Shown here: piece by piece, positions 13,385 through 25,520 of the stretch
Layout of the letters: each line of letters starts with the position of its first letter
How positions within the stretch are numbered: the first letter of the stretch is position 1
DNA from: Sphyrna mokarran
Lineage: Eukaryota
Assembly: GCA_024679065.1 (NCBI GenBank)
Contig: JAGIQG010000025.1
Location: 21,452,001 to 21,516,000, forward strand
Length of the DNA stretch: 64,000 nucleotides
Reading direction: 5' to 3'
Translations under genes and position numbers: made by a program
Notes under the pieces: model-generated
What the model saw: the letters and a program-made list of their open reading frames with translations, nothing else
What the model was told of the DNA's origin: nothing
Database searches by the model: none

Positions 13385-13958
13385 TGGAGGGTAGGAGGGC
13401 TGTGGGGGAATGGGAGGTTGAGGGGCACGGAGGGGTAGGAGCGGAGTGGAGAGTAAGCGGGTGTGTGAGGTAGGAGGAGGTGTGGGGATAGGAAGGGAGT
13501 GGGGGTATGGAGGATAGGAGGGGAGTGTGGGGTGGAAGGGCTGTGAGGGATAGGAGGGCTGTGGGTGATAGAAGAGAAGTGGAGAGTAAGAGGTGTGGAA
13601 GGTAGGAGGGAAGTATGGGGTGGAGGGGGGCAGGAGGGGTTTTGGAGATAGAAGGGCGTGTGGGGGCAGGAGGGGGTATTGGGAGGCAGGAGGGGTCTTG
13701 GAAGGGTAGGAGACGAATGTGGGATTGAGGGGATGTGGGGGGTAGGAAGAATGGGGGATGGCAAGGTGTGGGGTAGAATGGGACCTAAAGGGATGTGAGG
13801 GACAGGAGGGGTTTTGGGGATCAGGAGGAAGGGTGGGGGAAAGGACGGGCTGTAGGGGGATATGAGGGGGTGTGAGGTAGGAGGGGTGTGTGATAGCAGG
13901 AAAATGTGTGTGTGGTGGGTGGGGGGGGGCTGGGTAGGGAGTGTGGGACGTGGGGAGA
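13385..13958. repeat. G-rich low-complexity tract / degenerate minisatellite in intron 3
   Basis: ~570 bp of GGG(G) runs with a recurring ~18-bp unit like gtgtgggggtaggagggg; very few C on the + strand. Confidence 0.85.
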
Positions 13959-14834
13959 CCTGAGCATGTTTACATTCTAGATTTGCATTGCAGTGTTTTT
14001 CAAACGCTGTTCACACAGCTGAAGGGAAAATATTTCCTGCAACTTGTGAAGAACATCAGAAGCCAAACCCTCACAGAACTGCTTTCCGCCACAAACCACT
14101 TGGCCTATTATTTAAATGCGAATATCGCCCGACCATTAAATTCAACAATTCTCACCAACTTTTTTTTTAAACTCCCAACAGTTGCTCCCCAGCCTAAGAG
14201 CGACTGAAAGGGACATTTCAGGGGTTGTGGGGTTTTTTTTGTCAGTTCAACATCACTCTTGCACAGCAATACTTCCAAGAGAATCGGCTCCTTTTCTGTT
14301 AACAAATAGATTCGCCCCAGTTTTGTTTTTTTTAAGATCAGTTTTTTCTTGGAGCAGGCGCTCCCTTTGACACAAACAACCTTCATTCCCAACTGAGTCC
14401 TCCTCTCCTGCAACCTCTTCATGCAGATAATTCACATGTTTGGTTTACTGCAGAGTTCCCGCCTAAACTGCGAGAAGCTTTCCTTTAAGAAGAATAATAA
14501 CGTGTCTCAGTAAACAAGGCATGAAAAGATGCTGCTGGAAGGGGTGGGGGTGGGAAGTTCTAACAGTAAGTTGGGGTGGGGGGGGGGGGGGGGGGCCACA
14601 AATGGGAAGTTGCGTTCATTGGGACGGCGCCAGCGGCTTCCAGATACAAAGAGACAGTGACCTAGTTGTTGGAATAGGAACACTGGATTTTAGAATGGTT
14701 AAATACACTATTCTCTATTTCCATTTGTTATTCATTCTAAGCCACTAGCCGTAGGTTCAAGCGCAGGAGTTAGTGACTGAGTTATTCGTCAATTTTAGTG
14801 GATAAAGAAGGCATTAAGTTGATCTTTCTTTACA

Positions 14835-14978
14835 GCCTAGCTATGACTGTAACACTACATTTTTCTAGTCTCTCGTTTCTTCTCTATGACCGGTATGCTT
14901 TGTCTGTATAACGCGCGAAAAGCAAAACTTTTCACTGTATACTAATACACTTGACAATAATAAATCAAATTAAATCAG
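14835..14978 (+). mobile_element. 3' tail of Rex1/Babar-like LINE
   Basis: gtatgctttgtctgtata...ttttcactgtatactaatacac..gacaataataaatcaaat; matches 63518-63643 and the tail of the RT-bearing fragment at 49802-50270. Confidence 0.7.
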
Positions 14979-15211
14979 TATTAGCGAATTAAAACAACAT
15001 TGTGTGGCAGGTAGTTTGATACTACTTGTTCTATCTCCAGGATATTTTGCTTCTTATTGTAACAGTGATAGGAATTCCTCTCTGGTAATCAAACTGGCCC
15101 GAAACTTTAAGACACCGCGTACCATTACAAACACGAACTCGAGCTCCAACACCAGGACCGACTCAATTCTCCATCGGGTTAAGGATGAAGTGTTTGTTTA
15201 GGAAGTCCTAC

Positions 15212-15570
15212 CTGCATTGTAAGCTGTGAGGTCAGCCGCGGGTCCTGGGCTCTTCCTCTTACGGGGTCGTCCTTTCTGCACAGTGCCCATCCCGTTATAG
15301 AACGGTAGCCCCAGGGCAGTGCCACTCTTGGAGCCCACGTCCGTGTGATTGAAGTGAGCCTGGAATTCCCCCTGAATCAAAGTCTCGAAATGAATCCTGC
15401 AGTACACCAGGCTGTCCTTCATCCCAAAGTGATCGCCAGTTGCCAGCATTTTGTTGCAAGTTGTGCATGTGAAACAGTTCAAGTGATAGACCAGATCTCT
15501 TGCTCTCATCACCATTTCTGATGCTGAGATTCCGAGGTGACATCTGGCGCACCTCTGCACGGAGAATCTC
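15212..15570 (-). CDS. lhx2: Lhx2 coding exon 3 (LIM2 domain plus KGRPRKRK linker), 359 bp
   Basis: ccccgcag|G acceptor (phase 2); RFSVQRCARCHLGISASEMVMRARDLVYHLNCFTCTTCNKML...AHFNH...KGRPRKRKSPGPAADLTAYNA; donor G|gtagga; DLVYHLN, TTCNKML and SPGP-ADL-AYNA are Lhx2-type, not Lhx9-type. Confidence 0.97.
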
Positions 15571-18184
15571 CTGCGGGGGGTGGGGGAAGTATAAATATTA
15601 AAACATTTTGATACCTTTTATGACAAATCGTTTAAAGTCTTACATCTTTTTTATGGTGGCTATGAATGTTCAGTAGCCGTCTAAACCGATATAAGGGTTC
15701 TTTCTGAATGTACCTCGGGTGCCCCCACCCCCACACAAAATAACCAATGCAATTTATCCCTTAACAGCACCCACATATCGCCTCCATCCCAATCTATTTA
15801 GCTAGCAGAGCCCTGCCAGTTTTCGTCGCTGAAGGCAGTTACTTTCAGCTGTGGAGTTTGCCACTTTCGGTTTCCAGATATTAACAGAATTAACTGTGAT
15901 CCTTCTGATATAGAGGCCAGATTCGGAATATGTTTGCTTTTGCTGTGTAGGTGCAAAATGTAATTTTTTTAAAAAATCATTCGCTCTCGCGGTTGGGGTT
16001 GTCATGTCACCTGGCCTGGACAACTTCTGACTGTCAGGGTGGGTGCTAAACATTGTCGAGACCAGTTCCACGGTGGCGCTTGAAAATGAACGACATGTCG
16101 TATTTGTGTGTATTTGCTATTTCAAAAATTGTCCTTGTAACGCAATTCCATGCAGAAAGACATTGTTAAAAAAAAAGGAACTCAATCAGTTGTTCTTTGG
16201 ATAATGAGTTGCTTCTGCTTTAAGGGTTCAAAGTTGGAGCACTCTTGGTGGGGCCCACTGGGAAAATCATTTTTTATTTTAAAGTCCAGATCATACCGCC
16301 TTAATCGTTTAAATACATTGCAGTTCCACTTTCATTATTCAAACACTAGCGAAGCAAGTTATTCCGTTTGTTTTTAAACCAGGACGATTTGAAATTTAAA
16401 CTATAATAGTGAAAAACTCCGATCTGTTCATAACTTTAACATTTCTCGCGAAAAATTGTGACACTTCAACGACATTCTATTACTGACTTGCATAGCATTC
16501 ACTGTTTCAGCTTGAACTGAGACTTATCTGTGTGATTCCTTTCCACTTTTTTTTTCATAAACAGTGCGCATTTATTCTGTTTCAGATAGCATGTCAAATA
16601 TCTTTGGCTGATTCGGATGTCTGCTATAAAAGCACATGCATGCTGAAATAAACACCAGGTTTTAATTTGGCGAGATGCTTTTAAATTACGTGGCGCGGTC
16701 CCCTAATTAGAAGATCATGCATAAAACATTACGCTCGGTGCAAAACCGCATCATTAAAAAATTAACTATTTGAATGAACTATGTAAATAAAAATGTGCAC
16801 GGTGGAATTGGTCGCACCGGACAGTCTGGCGGTTGCGTGGTGAAATCGCCAGTAAATAGTCGGGATCTTTAGATATGTTTATTACCGGCAGCATCTTACC
16901 GTCAAGAGTTCACTTAATTCTCTGAATGTGGATTGTTTCAGTTAAATGATCATTTATCTCTTCCCCCCCCCCTTCATATTCTCATCCATAGACTCACGTG
17001 TGTCCCTACTTTGAAAAGATGCTGGGTTTTCTCTACCTCGCATGTTAATTTAGTTTTCCACTGCGTCCCAATAAAAGTATGAAAACATTTATTCTTTTCA
17101 AATACAGTAATGGACTCCTGCTAAACTCCCCGTAAATAATCTACCATCGGTTCGGAGGGATTTATCTTCTCCCTACCTCCCTGCCGATATGAATAGCTGG
17201 GAGAGTGGGTGGCGGGGGAAGACACAGAGAGAGTGGGGGGGGGGGAACTAAATCTAAGAGTGAACCGTTCAGCCAAACAAAACAGCGCGCATCTCTTGCG
17301 TTCCCCACAAGTTAAATTCAAATCATAGTTAGTGATAACTCAGAGTCAATCTAATGCCATAAACAGATCCCAGTATAAATGCAGGCAGCTTAACCGCAGG
17401 TTAGTTTCTGCTCTTTCGCTGCTAAAATAGCTGCAACTCCGTGGGCCTAATGAGTTGAGGATGTTTTGCGGCCAGCAAGGTTATTCTAAAGGACTTTTCG
17501 TACTGGGCGCTGTGCATTCTCTCATATTAAACTGCACTGCTGCCATTAAGAATTCAGAACATAATTCAATATCATTAAAATATTAACAGGTCACATTTCG
17601 CTGTTTCGCTTGTACTCTATTTTCTACTGCCAATGTGCTGTTTTTTAAAAAATATAAGTGCCTCCAGTAACTGGTTACAAGCAACCCGAGCCTTAGTTTA
17701 TAATAATTTAATTGGGCATTTGAATTAAGTATCGCGAATCATTTCTAGCTGGAATAGATAATCCTCTCGCTTCGTTTTGACGGTATGTTTTTGAACACGG
17801 TAACAGTACTCTGTAGTAAATCCATCTTAAATCTTTGGTATCTCACTGCATAAAACAATTAAAGAAAGGGCCCTGCATTAATTATTCTGGCCCAGTTCGT
17901 CACTTGAAAGAAATGCTCCCACTTTGCTCCGGTTTCAATGAGTAACAAATATGCTATCTGTTCTGAAGTGCTTCTTGACAAAGTCTAATTCATGCGCATG
18001 GGTTCAGATAAGGATGGCAGTAATGTTAACTTCGGGAGGTCCAAATCTGACTACTCCACTTAATTGTTGTAAAATTATAATATTCTGTCTGGTCTACTGC
18101 ATGCGAAGTATTGGGCCTCGGTTTTACTGCAGCTTAACAAATTGATTGTATGTTTGTATGTGTTTTTAAAACATGTCTAGGTAC

Positions 18185-18387
18185 CTGTAGTAATCCTCTT
18201 TGCAATAGATGCTGCCATCCTTAGCGAAGCAGGTCAATTCGGATTCCAGGGCCAGTTTACATTCACAGCACTTGAGGCAACGCATGTGCCATTGCTTGTC
18301 CACAGCCAGCAGATAATACCGGTCAGAGATCTTCCCCCCACAGCCTGCGCACAGAGCCGGTCTCTCGCTACTAATGGACGGCATAGT
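18185..18387 (-). CDS. lhx2: Lhx2 coding exon 2 (LIM1 domain), 203 bp
   Basis: tttttgcag|ACT acceptor (phase 0); TMPSISSERPALCAGCGGKISDRYYLLAVDKQWHMRCLKCCECKLALESELTCFAKDGSIYCKEDYY(R); donor AG|gtacct. Confidence 0.97.
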
Positions 18388-19903
18388 CTGCAAAAACACC
18401 AGCAGGATATAACCCATCAGCACCCACTTTGCAACGCACCACAGATAGGTTACATCTTATCATCTGGGGAAAGACTATCCATTAAATCGACCATGAATCA
18501 GATCATGTACTTTTCCAAGTTTGGTGGAGTGAATTCCACCGCCACGTTTTATTTATTTTTGCAAATGATATAATGCAAACAATAATTATCGGGATGTGTT
18601 CTAACCGTAGCTGTTTAGTGTCAAGTTACTAGTGAACCAAATGGATACATTGAAATTGCAAATACTCGTTTCTTTCCCTCAGTTCGCCGTGATGTAAAAA
18701 TTGCATTTGTGCCGGCCCTTTGAGAGACTTTTAAGTTCAAATTCTCACACGCATTCAAAATGAACCTCATGAGTAACCACAGTCTACCTGCTCCGTTATG
18801 CACACAGACCTTTTGCTTATACCCATCACCCACTCCGCAGTTTAAAACATCTCATCAGTGCTGAGGTGCAGAATATATCTACCCGCTACCAGTTCCACTT
18901 TATCGAACGTACTTTGCCTATCTGGATCCCTTATTCCTTCCCCCTACTATTAATCATATTCTCCTGGAATGACTGTCACTTTTAAAGTCGCGGCTTTAAT
19001 AACATGTGTTATTATTTATGATACAGGCCTTTCCCCATCCTGAAGTCTGAAGCAACCCAGCGAGGCAGTCCCGGCAGCGGTGTGAAATAAATCTGACCGA
19101 ATAAAGTCAGTGTGCATCCTAACAAATCCCGTGAAACCGTTTAAACCGCCTTCGACAGAGTTAGCCGTCAAATGTGCCGTTCTGTTATTAGATTCAACTA
19201 ATGCATTGTACCAAGTTAAACTGCTTTTTTAACATTTCATCTTCCTACAGAAGCTTACTCGGAGCAATATGTCTTTAGAGAAACTCCCTTCTGTCACCGC
19301 GTTTTTGATTTTCTCCAGTTATCTCATTCCAGTCTCCTTGACCTGAACGCACCAATCGGCTTTAATTCGCCGTTTCAATTTGTGACAAGAAAACTTCATC
19401 AAATTCAAGGGAGATACCGAAAGCAGTTGATTTCTTTACAAAGTTTTTTTGTTGTTGTTGTTTCGAGAGAGAACAATCACAAATTTTTTAAAAAAGGCTG
19501 GGTTACACTCCAAAAACTAGTCGGATCTGCTAGTAGGTACAGTTTATTTTTCAAAAAAAAGACGTAGTTAGAATTCTCTAAAGTTGTTGGATTCCCCCTC
19601 AAGTACATCTCCACTGAAAATCTGATTAATTTTAATACCTAATTAAATCATACAAATCTGATAAATGCCCCAGATTATATCGGTACTGCTGAGTGCTGGC
19701 TATTAGGTTTGAATTTTAGACATGTTGGTATCTGCAGTTAAATATATTCTCAATTCTGCTTTTTTTAAATAAATAAAAATACACAACTTGGTGAACCGAA
19801 GATGCACACAATTATTTTAAACAACAGTTGCCTAATCACAGGACAGTCCTCTAAAGATATATAATATATAAAATATTATAATTGTCAAAGCTCTGTTGCC
19901 TAC

Positions 19904-20101
19904 CGTGTCTCTCTCCCCCATGTCTACCCCCGAGCTGATGGCTGGCTCGTTCTTGGCTCGTCTTTCCATCTCTTCCATAACTCCCTGCATTTCACCCCCT
20001 GAGATTCCGTGGAAAAGCATCGCTGACTGACGGAAATTACACGTGTCTTGTTCAGACTTCGAGCCCAGAACTTCCATAAGTCGCAGACCTAGCCCATGCA
20101 T
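19904..20101 (-). CDS. lhx2: Lhx2 coding exon 1 (start codon uncertain: ATG at 20101, 20077 or 20020)
   Basis: MHGLGLRL-MEVLGSKSEQDTCNFRQSA-MLFHGISGGEMQGVMEEMERRAKNEPAISSGVDMGERDT; donor ACG|gtaggc, phase 0, in frame with exon 2; PAISS is Lhx2-type. Confidence 0.93.
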
Positions 20102-20439
20102 TGAGGCACAGTTCTCTTAAAAAAAAACCTCTCCCTCAGTTTTTGTTCTTATTTTTCAGAGAGGGAGAGGAGAGAAAATACAAGATCAAAACCACAGGTC
20201 CGGGAAAAGGAAAAGAAAAGTAATAATAATCACGTCACTTGGAATCTTTTTTTAAAGGGGGGGGGGGTTAGCCCGCTCTCTTTATACAGCTTCCATCAAG
20301 ATGTGTTGTCGATAATTGATCACATGGAGAAAGGAAAAAGACAAGGGTTTTTTTTGCAATGTCTGATCTCGATGCAAAAAGCTGCAGACTTGAAGGCTTG
20401 TTGTTTTTAGTAAGTTACTCTTCTGCAAAGCAAAGCCTT

Positions 20440-20680
20440 GTGTGAGTAATTGGGGAGGAGGAGTTCGCTCTGCATTTAGTGTAATCCTTTAACGCCACTG
20501 ACTTGCAAAGCTTTTTCTTTCTCTGTCTGATTGACAGCTCCGGCCAGCGCCGAATCCGCGCCTTTTCTATCGGGACCTGCAAGTCACCGCCCCCCCCAGG
20601 TACCCATTGGCTGTCAGGACATCGCCTCCTTCCTATTATAGCAACGCGTGCTGAGGGCTGTTACTTTTAAAGGGGAACTG
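20440..20680 (-). promoter_or_regulatory. Putative proximal Lhx2 promoter
   Basis: CpG-rich; CCAAT on the minus strand (~20606-20610), GC box ccgccccc (~20587-20594), PBX-MEIS/PREP decamer TGATTGACAG (20528-20537); 350-550 bp upstream of the first ATG. TSS not determinable from sequence. Confidence 0.55.
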
Positions 20681-21329
20681 CTGAGATATCACAGAGAGAG
20701 AGAGAAAAAACAGTTTGGAGAGCTCAACATTTTTGTTTACAGAATTAAAGGCACAGGACGGTAATTAGTTGGTTTGACCGTTACACTTTCCAGCATAACC
20801 AACACACGTTCGGGTCATTGCAATTCTGATCTTGGGTAAATTCGACTTCACGAGATAGCTACTTTCCAAAAGATACTGTCACATTTCATGCAAGATCACC
20901 GAAAATCCAGATTTGTGGGAAATTGTCGGCTTACAGCATTTTAAGTCGAATGTACCACTCCCAGGATATTGACTGAGAATAGACGCCACAAAACGGGGGT
21001 CCCAAACAATGATCAATGCTTTAAGTTGAATCTAAATGAGGCGCAAAAAAAGTGGTGGTAATTCCACGTTCTTTTATAAAAGCCAATTCAACTCTTTAAG
21101 TCCATTTTCAATCTTCGCCTTCAAAAATACAATAGGATACAGGAAGGTAGAAAATCCAAATTATCATTGCAGTTTTGTTCCGCTGATTTAGTTCCATCTT
21201 TTTGCAAGTGATAGTCTTGCGTCATATGAAGCCTACTTACATCTCAACTTTCTGTCGGCAGTTTATGGCCACAGTTGCAAATGTAAGCAAATTGGACACA
21301 AATTTCACCAAAATCTGAATATATTGAGA

Positions 21330-22062
21330 ACTGTGAGGAGGATAGACATCAGCAAGAGGTTAGTAGAATGGACAGTCACATGACAAAAGCAATGACATGC
21401 AGGGAAGTGTGAAGTGGTTCACGTTGATAAGAAGAGGGTACACTACCGCGGGGAGGGCAGAAACAGATAGAGCACCTGGAAGGTGACGAGGCGTGCAGAG
21501 AAATTTTAACACATGCACTTAGGACCAAGGCCTTTATACAATAAATTAAAGCTTAGAGCGTAGAAGTTGTGATAAAGCTTTACAAAACACGGATTTGGCT
21601 GCAACTGCAGTACTGTGTCCAACTGGGCGCACTACTCTTTGGGAAGGATAGGAGAAGGTGCGGAAGAGGTGAAAGACATCCTATACCGGGTTCGATTGGA
21701 GAAGTTAAGGTCATTCTCCTTAAGAGAATGGAAGTTTGAAAAATGCATCATGTTTAAAAACCATGAGGGCTTCTAGACAGAGTAGATAGGTTCCTTTTCT
21801 GGGAAGGGTCGGGAACCAGAGAACATTAGGTGTTTGTAAAAGAAGCATAGAGTGACAAACTCTTCGCGTGCAGCCAATGGTTCGAATTTGCAATGTGTTG
21901 CCTGAGAGGATGTTAGAAGCAGATTCAATTTGGGGATTTCAGAAGGAAATTGGATAAACACCTGGAAAAGGAAATGTCTGAGAAAGAAGCGGGAGATTGG
22001 GAGGCAGGGAGCTGGCGTTGACTGGCAAGACTATCTTCTGCTCTGTAACCAGTCCATGATTC
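21330..22062 (+). mobile_element. Old CR1 LINE 3' fragment
   Basis: Decayed KCEVVH, YKT...LQYCVQ and LEKL-type motifs, then tail cttctgctctgtaaccagtccatgattc. Confidence 0.65.
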
Positions 22063-24999
22063 CCGGTTCTCGGCAAATATGGTCAATGTCATTCACTGTT
22101 TGTTAAGCTCAGAATTTCAGATTTCCAGTTGTTTTTAAATGTAAAACAAACAGCAGAGTACCATTTTCAACCCAACAAGGATAATTTCACATCACGGTTG
22201 CCACCAAAGTTCCAGTCGTGAAGTTTTGGAAACATTTTAAACTCTGTCGGTAGCTGCAATTTAAATATCGGCTTACTTTTTTCTAGATTTGTCTTCTTGG
22301 CAACTGCAGCCCATGTTAGAACAAGTTATTAGTCAGAAATGTGACTTACTCTACAAAAACTATATAATATATTAATCACCTGCGCCATGTATTCAGAGTA
22401 ACTAACTGGTTAGCTAGGTGTTAGAAAGACATTCCATGGCCAGCAATGTAGATATCCAATGATTTTGTTTTCTCATGCAGCAACGAAATTCAGTGGAGTT
22501 CCATCAGTAAATAACCGTGAAGTTTGGAACTATTCGAATGCTACCCAAAACATGGCTAAAGACATGTTTTTATCCCATTGGTGTCAACGTCCGCAGACTC
22601 GCTTGCAAATCTCGGCCGCAGCAGGCACGCAGTGGGGTAAGGATGGTCAATTTTAGGTGGCGAACCGTCTTAGGAAGGTTTCATGATTGTGAGAAATGTT
22701 TAAATGACGGAGAACGTGTTGGTGTTTGCTTTCCATGCGCTAGGCGAATCAATCATTTGGGTTAATGAAGGAAATCGAAACACACTAGATGAACTGCGTG
22801 GCCTCGTAGCAAATATTTAAATGTATATATCTAGTTATGTACTAGAAAAAGAGAACAAGATTTGAGAGAAAAACTTTTTTAACGTAAGGCATTATTATGC
22901 ATATTTGAGCCTTCTACGAATTGTGATGGGACTTCGGTTGAGAACGAGGAGGAGTTTGTAGTAACCAGAGATCTGTGACTAATAGCAGCATGCATAACCC
23001 TTCAGAACAAACATATATATTATGTGTGTGTGTGAGAGAGAGAGAGAGAAACGAGAGAAAACGTGCTTGTGTGATAGAGTTCTTTTAACATTGACCAGGT
23101 ATAAAATCATGATGCAGGGGACTACACAATCTAATGAAATGCACAGGACATGCTCGATGCAGAACGCCGCGCGGTGATTATTCAAAACTGTCCTGTGCCT
23201 TTTGCTTCGTTGCAGAACGAGTTAGAACTGCAATACTTGAATAGTCGTTTAATAAAACAATTGAAACAAAGCCGCTGCTTCTATACAGGAGAGTGCTGCC
23301 AATGACAATAGAGTGCTGGCAGCATCTGACTCCTTCCTTTTCCTGGATACAAAACCAGGGGACAATTTGAAGTTAGTGATCATTTTGTGAGTTATTAATT
23401 GAAAAGTAGTTGGTGAATTAACAAATTGAATTATTGCACCAATAATTTAACTCTATAGAAATTCGGCGTTTATGTATCACTGGTGGAACCCACGTGATGT
23501 AAACTTAAAATGCCCGTGTTTTACAACAGTTAGAGTTTATGGGCGTTATGTAAATGCATAGACTTTTCCCTCAATAAAATGGATTGTTACAGCATGTTTC
23601 AATAATCCGGAGATAAACGATTTGGTGCATTCCTTTTCTACTGACTTGTGCTTCCGTTGTAAACCTCCATTTCTGAAAGATGAAAGTTGATTCTGTGACA
23701 AAGGGCGCTCCCCGTGCGCCTATGGGGGAGCTTTGAATACGTCGCAGGGGTAATTTGAGGCAAGTGAATGTTCTGCACTTTTATGAGTCCTTTCTGCAGT
23801 CTCATCTCCCTCCTACCAAGTGGCTGTGCAGCACATCCTAAACTAGGTATCACTGTTAGCAGTTAAAATTATTCCTTTGAAGTACAGTTTAGTCAAATGG
23901 AATATGAACGTATATGTTCAGACGGTTTTTTTCCCACCATCGTCAAGATTCTGGGTGCTACGCTAACTGAAAACCGTGTCAAAGGTTGGCCCGACGCCAG
24001 GTTTCTGTTCAACCCCCAACGCGTGGATCCCGGGTGTGACGTCTGAACTTTTTGCAATTAAAATAATTCCTCTCGGAATATTCACACAACAGGTATTGTA
24101 AATATAGATGATCGCGCCAACCATGAAACAGAACGCACTGTGCGTGTTGGGAACCTTGTCTGACACAGACTACAAGCAGATCGTCTTAGAAAACAGAAAT
24201 AATCACGTTAGTCCAGGGAACAGAGCGTGGCCAATCAGAACAAGATTAAACTTGGAAATCAAGGCTTTCTGCGGTAGTGATTACAAAGAAGCCGGGGGCC
24301 ATGCTAGATACAGCTGAATTCAAACAAAAGCTAAAGTCAAACCAGCGCCAGATCTAATCCACAGAGTCAAACATGTATATACTGTATGTGTGCATTTACC
24401 CTGCAAATCGTATTTGTCCACGGTTCTGCCTCTGTCAATTTGCAAGGTCATGGTTACATGGAATCCACGTGTATAGACAGGCCCTGGCGGAGTTTCTGCT
24501 GTTATTTAATCCAGAACGTTACCTATGGGTGGGGATTCTCACTGTTTACCAAATGAGATGAATTGCATTTTTTTTATTTGATGCTGTTAAAGTGTGTTCT
24601 GCGTTCACTTCTGCCCAACATATTCACAGAGAAATGGAAATAGACTGAAGTTAGATCTGGACCCAGCAAGACAACAATAACAGTCGAAATGTAATCATTA
24701 AATTGATTATCTGGGGCTCTTCTGGAAGTGAAAGAGGATTGTGTGTGTGTGTGTGTGTTCGGAGATGTTGATGGTATGGATTTTGTCTGCAGGTTGGATT
24801 TCCTGCGCCGGGTAAAAGGTGGCAGGTGAACAAATCGCAGGCCTGGAGCTGCTAGAAACAGCCTCTCTTTTGCAAACGTCACCATCACCAGTACCATCTG
24901 CTGTCAACCGGGGCTACCCACACTAACACACAAAGGTACCAGCTTCCAGCCAGCAACCGTGACTAACTCCTAACAATAGAATTCAAAACGCAGACTGCT

Positions 25000-25520
25000 T
25001 AATCCACGGGATCGAGGTTTCCACAGATAACTGACAGGTTGTAGATTAGTTACAATTATCTGGCAAATCTCTTGATATTAATAGGTGACATAACGAGCAC
25101 TTATTCCTCTTCCTACTTAAATGATTTTATCAGAATAGAAAATGCAAGTACTTAATTTCATATAAATTGAATTGTGGATTAAAACCTGTAATTGCTCCTG
25201 GCGCCTAATATATTGCTTGATGTTGGAATGGTGTCTTCATCCAGTGTGATTGACAGCCTGTAATTAATCATCGTTATTGCTCTTGTAACTATGCGTTTAT
25301 TTTGAAACGCTCATCAGTAATTTTTTTCGACTACAATAATCAGGCGTTTTATTTTCCTGCGCTCCATGAAACGATAGGATAATGGATTAAATTACGAATA
25401 ATATGCTTACACGAAAAATTTAATGGTGCGTTGATGGCACATTTTGATTGCTGGGAACCCTTGCGAGTAACATTTTAGGGCTGCTGCTCCGCCTAATTCT
25501 CTTTCCTGCATCCGTTTTTA
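25000..25520. promoter_or_regulatory. Candidate conserved enhancer ~5 kb upstream
   Basis: Repeat-free, dense TAAT/ATTA cores, second exact TGATTGACAG (25247-25256) next to TAATTAAT; conservation not tested. Confidence 0.4.

Noticed and set aside
13342-13764. 140-aa Pro/His/Ser-rich ORF
   Set aside because: Product of the C-rich low-complexity strand; non-ATG start and no domain
15567-15573. NAGNAG (CAG GAG) alternative acceptor at exon 3
   Set aside because: GAG is a rarely used acceptor, and the proximal CAG gives the conserved YYRRFS
3557-20101. Calling the gene Lhx9
   Set aside because: Most diagnostic positions (PAISS, TMPSISS, WHMRC, DLVYHLN, TTCNKML, AHFNH, SPGP-ADL-AYNA-ALSCNEND) match Lhx2
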